From: Octopus vulgaris
Taxonomy: Eukaryota
Length of the DNA stretch: 64,000 nt
Assembly: GCA_951406725.2 (NCBI GenBank)
Contig: OX597816.1
Coordinates: 176,328,001 to 176,392,000 of the forward strand
Direction of reading: 5' to 3'
Shown here: positions 57,392 through 64,000 of the stretch, in pieces
How positions within the stretch are numbered: the stretch's first letter is position 1
Layout of the letters: every line of letters starts with the position of its first letter
Translations under genes and position numbers: made by a program
The notes under the pieces: model-generated
Seen by the model: only the letters and a program-made list of their open reading frames with translations
Told to the model about the DNA's origin: nothing
The model's database searches: none

Positions 57392-57786
57392 GAGTGGCTG
57401 TGTGGTAAGTAGCTTGCTAACCAACCACATGGTTCCGGGTTCAGTCCCACTGCGTGGCATCTTGGGCAAGTGTCTTCTACTATAGCCCCGGGCCAACCAA
57501 TGCCTTGTGAGTGGATTTGGTAGACGGAAACTGAAAGAAGCCTGTCGTATATATGTATATATATATGTGTGTGTGTGTTTGTGTTTGTCCCCCTAGCATT
57601 GCTTGACAACCAATGCTGGTGTGTTTACGTCCCCGTCACTTAGCGGTTCGGCAAAAGAGACTGATAGAATAAGTACTGGGCTTACAAAAGAATAAGTCCC
57701 GGGGTAGATTTGCTCGACTGAAGGCGGTGCTCCAGCATGGCCGCAGTCAAATGACTGAAACAAGTAAAAGAGTAAGAGCGAGAGCA
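57392..57786 (+). mobile_element. SINE family A copy
   Basis: Matches the family sequence. Confidence 0.9.
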
Positions 57787-58134
57787 TTCTGAGCTGAAGA
57801 GAGGTGATGATCCTAACCTTCCATGAACATACTGACCAAGGAGACACCTTGCCTTTTGTTTGTGACTGGCAATATTAAAGTTAATTATTATTTTTTATTC
57901 AAGTAGTGGCAGAATTAATTGAATATTGGACCTTGTGATTTTTAATTATGTTTCTTCATAATCTAACTTTAAATTCCACTTCATCTTTCATATCTCTGGG
58001 ACCAAAAAAAGTACCATTAGTAACATTCTGGAATTGGTTCCTTCAACTGTAGCCCTTCTCTACTAGTTTGCAATATTGTGCCAATATCAGAAAACAGTGT
58101 TCATTTTGTTAACATTTTTTATTTCAATTTTCAG

Positions 58135-58201
58135 ACATCTTGATTTCTTTGAGATGGTCAGAAATGAAGACGAACGGGAACTTGGGAAAAAATTTGAATC
58201 G
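58135..58201 (+). CDS. DAAM: DAAM-like formin, exon 9 (HLDFFEMVRNEDERELGKKFES)
   Basis: Acceptor aattttcag, donor GTAAGA at 58202, 67 nt, phase 2/0. Carries the HLDFFEM.RNEDE motif. Confidence 0.95.
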
Positions 58202-58288
58202 GTAAGATTTTTCTCATTGATGTTCCTATTGAAAAGAAGAAAAAAAAAACTAAAAAAAAATTTGGTTGGTCCAGACATTTTTGCCTAT

Positions 58289-58436
58289 TTGGCGTTAGGA
58301 AGGGCATCCAGCTGTAGGAACACTGCCAGATCAGACTGGAGCCTGGTGCAGCCTCCTGGCTTCCCAGACCCCGGTCAAACCGTCCAACCCATGCTAGCAC
58401 GGAAAACGGACGTTAAACGATGATGATGATGATGAT
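58289..58436 (+). mobile_element. RTE 3'-tail fragment
   Basis: Last ~150 nt of the RTE UTR plus (GAT)n. Confidence 0.85.
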
Positions 58437-61064
58437 TCTCCCTGTTTGTTTCTCTCTCCTTTCTCTCGGACTCTCCCTCGCTTTCTCTTACTCTCTATTT
58501 TTCTCTATCTCTCTCCCATTTATAAACAACAAAAGATCTTGAGTAACTTGAGAAAGAAAGTAGTTTGAAAGATCAATCATAAATATCAGGCAGTGGCAAC
58601 GGAAAGGTCTGCTTCAAGGCAGACAGCAAAACACAAACATTTAAAAGGGACAGACGAACTTGTGAGCTGAATAAAAATAAAAAAATATTGGAAACCAAAG
58701 TTTGAAAGGATAGAATCTGAGGATAGTAGAGTCACCATGGCTGGCATTTCTTAACGACGGACAGTAACACAGTCACAGTTTAACGGCTGGCGTAAAATTT
58801 TGAACTTGATGTAAAAGAAAATTGGTAAACACCAATTTTTTAAGTGATTCTTTCTCACAACAGTAGACTCACCATGGCAAGCATTATGTGTGTGTGTGTA
58901 CGCATTATATATACAAATGTATACAAATAAATTAGAGATAAAACCACTATTAGGCAAATCAAACAGTGAAAAACATAAACAAAAACATAAAAATAAAAAT
59001 ATAATTTACATATATATATAAAATTTAAATTATTTAAATTTAAAATGAAAATTATTAATTTATAATTTTTTTTTAAAAATATATATAACTATCAAAAAGT
59101 ATTAAAAAGTTTAATATACATATTTATATATAGAACACACGCACACACATATAAATTAACCCAATAAATATCTGATTCATAATATTTGTTCTCATGATTG
59201 TGTGGTGGTGGTGGCGATGATAATTCTGTTTATGAATGCAGACAGACGTAGAGAGAGTGTGTGAAAGTGCTGTCGAAGGCGGGGAGGAGGGGGAGATACA
59301 GAACGCTCTTTGATGACGTTATAAAGAGAAAGTGAAGGGGAGTTAGACGCTGTTAAACGTTATATATAGAAAGTGATGGGAAGGGAGGAAAGAGAATGAG
59401 TGACGGAGGAAGACAGATACATAAAAGAATGAGAGTAGACTTGTCAAAGTGCATTTTTGGCCCTAGCAACGACACCTTTTAAGATGGAGATTTCTAACCT
59501 AGCCCACTCTCATCCTCACCTCATTTTACATGTCCCTGTAAATTTTGAAGTCAATCCGACAGGATCTAGTGGCCTTTAACCCGTTCTCAATGCCAAAACC
59601 AGACAAACAAACTTTTCACATTTCAGTTTTATAAATAGAGATATATATATATATGTATATATGTATATATAGATATATATATATGTATATAAATAGATGA
59701 GTGTATTTTTACCTTGTTAACAATTAACACGGAAAAATAAATAAATAGTTACCAGGGCAGCAAAAATCTCACAAGTAAAGGTGTTGTAACTCCTTGTTTA
59801 TAAAGGTAGAAACTTCGTGTTTACGTTGAATATTTGAATAATATGAATAAAAAATGGAGTTAACGCAGGTGTAAACAAATATTTTTACTTTCGACACATG
59901 TTTCGAAAATTCCACTGATACTATTCAAAAGAATAAATGGTATAAACAATGCAATCTTCTCTTTGGGAAAGTGAAAAAAACGAACCTCGTCAATACGACA
60001 TTTTAGCAAAAAATGATGGATTTGTATAGTGATAGACAGAACGCAATACAAACCCCTCTAGGTTTGTGCGATTGGCTTTTAATGCCCAGCAGGCTGTTGT
60101 ACTTAATAAACATACATTTTGTCGCAAAATTCCAGCTACTAGGAAACGATTTTTCATTGTGAAAAAACAAGTGCTTTTTGCCCTCATTTTCTTTTTAATC
60201 TTTATATAAAAGTGAAAGGATTTCGTCAATTTATTTCTGCTGTCCACTTACGACGGTGATTCAGTTGACTAGGAAAACTATACATGATGAATATCCAATA
60301 CCAAACTATCTTAATCTACATATTAAAACTGCATTAAACTTTGGCAAGATTACCTTTACCTATTCTGAGTTACTTGAAAGGTGATGTTCCCTTCCCTCTC
60401 TTCTGATTGTTGATACCTTTTTTTTTTTACCTTTTATACCATTGTTTCACTTTAAGGATGTTTCTTTACCCAGCCATTATGATATTTCGACTGCTGTCCA
60501 TTGTTTCAAATAGGTTTTAGCATTGTCATTCTAGCCTTTTTTAAACACTCACATATGACTCGTCCCAAAGAATCAACCTTTAAATAAGTGTTTTGCTTCC
60601 ACTAGTGAAAGCTATAAGTATCTTTCAGGAAGCTCCTTACCAATTTAACTTTATGCAGCATTCGCTGTTAGTTTATGTGCACGCTATGTGGGAAGATAGA
60701 ATAAAGGGGCTTTTGTTAGATTTTCTCTCCAAAAAAAATAGCTCCCTTTGCTGTTGAAAAAAAATAACTCACAGAAGGGAAGTTTCAACATCTTCCTTCA
60801 ATTTCTTTACACCATTTATGTGGCTGTTTCTGACAAGAAATTTCACTTTCATGTAAAACAACTATATTTTGTAGTCATTATCCGTAATCTACTCCCAAAA
60901 CACTTCAGTAGCTCTACTTTACATCGCTTGCAAACTTATATGTTCTTTGATAATCAGAGTGCAACGACCTTCACAATAACTAGCCTTCAGTTTGATTTTC
61001 CGTTCCTAGGTTAAACCGTCCAAAACACGGGTGCGTTTGCTAGTTTTGATTATATATAATAGAG
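58437..61064. mobile_element. Probable non-autonomous Helitron-derived sequence (one or two elements)
   Basis: Minus-strand 5'-like end A|TCTCTATTTATAAAACTGAA at 59641; plus-strand 3'-like end with hairpin CCGT-ccaaaac-ACGG (61016-61030) and CTAG|T at 61040-61044. Other termini not resolved. Confidence 0.45.
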
Positions 61065-61654
61065 ATGAAATGGATTTCAAACGAATTTTTAAAAATTCTT
61101 TGCCTATGTTTCATATATTAATAGAATGTTTTTTGAATATTTTGACTTACACCATGGAATTTCTATGGATCCCACTCATAATATTAATAAATAACTGGTG
61201 TACCATATGATTTGGAGAGTAACAACAGGGAATGTTCTCAGTTTGAACATCCATCACTACAAATGGATTGTCCCATATAGATAAAAGATGCCTATGTCTA
61301 AGTTGAATCAGAAACCAGAAATGTTTGTAGCTCATTAACAACTATGACCCTCAGTTAATTCTTACAACATACCAACCATAAGCATTTAAGCTCTTAACAG
61401 TGATTATATTGGAATTTCTTCAAAATGTTAATTTGAAATATTTCTATATTATCTATTCTATTTTATTTACCATAAATAAATTGTCTCTCTAATTCTATTG
61501 CATTTCCATTGAGTTTGTCTCTTATTTTCTCATTTTTTCAAATTGATTTGTTCTGTTTGCACACGTTCTCAGTGATTATTTTGAGATTTATTTGAAATAT
61601 GGATGCATTTATGGATGTCCTTTCTTCATGTTTTGTGTTTCTATTTCTGCACAG

Positions 61655-61772
61655 GTGCACATTGATACAAGAAGTGCAACAAATATGTTTGAGCTGCTGC
61701 GGAAGAAATTAGCATTATCGTTAGCCTATTCAAGTTTGATGTCTATTTTACAGCACATGCTACTTATGCCAT
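61655..61772 (+). CDS. DAAM: DAAM-like formin, exon 10 ([40 protein letters not shown])
   Basis: Acceptor ttctgcacag, donor GTAAGC at 61773, 118 nt, phase 0/1. Carries the VHIDT.SAT.MFEL motif. Confidence 0.95.
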
Positions 61773-61859
61773 GTAAGCATTCCTTCCTTGTTCCACTAGC
61801 ATATGTATCGTTAGCCAAATGAAAAGGTTCAAAACCTGAATTTATGTTTTTACTGTATA

Positions 61860-62150
61860 ACAATAATAATAATAATAATAAACATTGTGTACAGTGCTCA
61901 GGTGCACTACAACTCATCTAAAGTGTATATATAATCAGGTGTAGTTTCGGCGGATTTCGGAAAGCATGAGGGCCTTAAAGGATGCAGTGTCATGGCAGTC
62001 AACAACTGACGCAGGCAGTTTATTCCATGCTTCAGCAACTCTGAGCGTGAAAAAATGTTTCCGAAAGTCATGGGAGCTGTGTTGTTTTCTGACTTTGTAG
62101 GCATGTCCACGTGTGTTGGACACATGGAGATCAAAAAGGTGTTCAGTTGG
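61860..62150 (-). mobile_element. Short 3' end of a CR1 LINE with (TTA)n tail
   Basis: NTRGHAYKV..RKHFFTLRVAEAWNKLP..FK (ORF 61935-62261), the classic CR1 ORF2 C-terminus. Confidence 0.85.
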
Positions 62151-62456
62151 TTGATAAGCTTCTAAAATGAAGAGTCTTACTTTGAGCCAACATGAGTAAT
62201 GAAACCAGAGCTCATCTGGACTCCCAAATATTTTAAGTGAGTACATGCCTCCTTCTTGCAAATGGATAACTCCTGACTTATAATAGTTTGTTTGAATTGA
62301 GTAGACAACACAAAATAATGTACCTTGCTTGAGTCCATAGCATGTTATCCAGTTCTTGATTCTAACCTCTCACCTAATGATCGTCAGCTCAGTATCCCAA
62401 CCCCTACAACACGTACCTTTACTCTGAGCTGCTAAAGTTAAAGAACAAATATTTAA

Positions 62457-62675
62457 CCCTTTTGTTACCAACCCGGCCAAAACCGCCTCTAGCTCTGTAG
62501 TACAAATGTCTTGTTTTCATAAGTTTTGAATTAAAATCTTCCACCAAACTTAAGTCACAATTTATGTTCCTAACACTAGTTTAATGATAACTTAGTTATT
62601 TTACTAAATTCTTTGTTATATCTAAAATAATTGAGAAACACTGAGAATCTCAAAATAAATACAGTAATGAAAGGG
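62457..62675. mobile_element. piggyBac-like MITE
   Basis: TTAA|CCCTTTTGTTAC ... GTAATGAAAGGG|TTAA; a partial inverted copy ends at ~45397. Confidence 0.78.
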
Positions 62676-62771
62676 TTAAGCCTTAACTTATGATATTCTG
62701 CTATATTAAACATCTTAATGTAGGTTTTCTTCATTAATCTCATCTTTTGTTTGCATATTTAGTCAACATAT

Positions 62772-62937
62772 AGGCGCAGGAGTGGCTGTGTGGTAAGTAG
62801 CTTGCTAACCAACCACATGGTTCCAGGTTCAGTCCCACTGCGTGGCATCTTGGGCAAGTGTTTTCTGCTAGAGTCCCGGGCCGACCAATGCCTTGTGAGT
62901 GGATTTGGTAGACGGAAACTGAAAGAAGCCCATCGTA

Positions 62938-62990
<53 letters not shown>

Positions 62991-63194
62991 CTGTGTTTGT
63001 CCCCCTAGCATTGCTTGACAACCGATGCTGGTGTGTTTACGTCCCCGTCACTTAGCGGTTCGGCAAAAGAGACCGATAGAATAAGTACTGAGCTTACAAA
63101 GAATAAGTCCCGGGGTCGATTTGCTCGACTAAAGGTGGTGCTCCAGCATGGCCGCAGTCAAATGACTGAAACAAGTAAAAGAGTAAAAAGAGTA
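62772..63194 (+). mobile_element. SINE family A copy
   Basis: Full-length match to the family. Confidence 0.9.
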
Positions 63195-63584
63195 TATCCT
63201 TAACCTGTTTTTTGACCTTTCTCAAGTGCTATATTTCTACAGATGTACATTTCTTTAGGCTTGAACTGAACTTGGAATCTTTATTTCTAGTGTAAGCTTC
63301 CAACACTTTTATTTGTCCTCAAAGAAATGTATCTATCAATTTTGAGCTGATTTGAATTTATTTAATAAAAGCAACCACACCAGTAAAGAGTGGGTTCGGT
63401 GATTCAGCTATCTGTAGCAGTCTTGATTGAAATAAGCCCTAATCAAAATGACTTATGAACATTACAACTATTTTCAGGCATAGAAGTACATTACCCAGTG
63501 TTCTTTTTTAAAATGCTAGGATATGATTTGAGGGAGATTTAGCTATTATTTCTAGCATGTCTAGAAATATATGTATGTAATAAG

Positions 63585-63625
<41 letters not shown>

Positions 63626-63772
63626 TGTCTAAACTGATTCATCAAATTTTGTTTCACCAAAACTATAATCTTTCTTATGTGAAAGTTGAGGTGTCCAACT
63701 GATGAAGGGGTGCAGTTTCCACCTTTGTAATATTTGTATTTGTTTTCTGTAATATCTTTTGAATTTTTTTAG

Positions 63773-63908
63773 ATAATAACTCTAGTAAATGTGCTAGCCA
63801 GTGGTTGATTATAGACAGAGTTGTCCAACAAATGGTACTGCAGGAAAAGAATGGTAAAGATCCTGATCTAGCTCCAGTAGAGATCAACTTTACTCATATA
63901 ATTCGACA
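63773..63908 (+). CDS. DAAM: DAAM-like formin, exon 11 (NNSSKCASQWLIIDRVVQQMVLQEKNGKDPDLAPVEINFTHIIR..); gene continues beyond the window
   Basis: Acceptor tttttttag, donor GTAAGT at 63909, 136 nt, phase 1/2 (T|AT = Tyr). Carries the W..DR..QQ.V.Q...G.DPD motif. Confidence 0.93.
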
Positions 63909-64000
63909 GTAAGTTATTTAATTTATTGATACAAACAGTTAATTTTTATAATCAGTATTTAATAAATTGTAGTACATTTTAATGTTTTTTTAATTATGGT

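Noticed and set aside
2731-63203. Recurrent short ORFs such as MLGGQTQTH..., MSSNARGTNTD..., MDSSTGVCEA... and MVVIPAVL... suggesting a peptide gene family
   Set aside because: They are alternative-frame translations of SINE and RTE-tail copies, often from non-ATG starts, with frames changing at the internal microsatellite.
1-64000. Prokaryotic, viral or horizontally acquired gene cluster
   Set aside because: No long intact ORFs or operon structure; all recognisable coding sequence is DAAM exons or transposon remnants.

Overview
This is AT-rich eukaryotic (metazoan) DNA with no prokaryotic signal. The repeat families (tRNA-derived SINEs, RTE LINEs with (GAT)n tails, abundant (TA)n/(CA)n) suggest an octopus genome; that assignment is an inference. 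The one host gene is a spliced DAAM-type Diaphanous-related formin on the + strand. Eleven GT-AG coding exons from 9768 to 63908 join with consistent phases into 1271 nt (about 423 codons) covering the N-terminal GBD/FH3 region, and the gene continues past the window end. Nearly everything else is intronic or upstream transposon debris: two Gypsy-type LTR elements, RTE, CR1-group, RLE-type and Penelope-like retroelements, Tc1 and mariner transposons, Helitron pieces, piggyBac-like and pogo-like MITEs, and at least four SINE families. Most short ORFs in the supplied track come from these repeats. The most notable observations are: (1) a PHD-finger (C4HC3) module just after the YADD motif of the RTE reverse transcriptase; (2) a 3' tail with a covarying hairpin shared by a CR1-group LINE and two SINE families; (3) one SINE head joined to four different bodies; (4) a Gypsy element whose 5' LTR and gag were replaced by an inverted copy of its own RT; and (5) inverted repeat pairs bracketing DAAM exons, which are candidate dsRNA, editing or circRNA substrates. 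No new biological system can be established from sequence alone. Repeat boundaries were read by eye and are approximate unless a TSD or TIR is cited.
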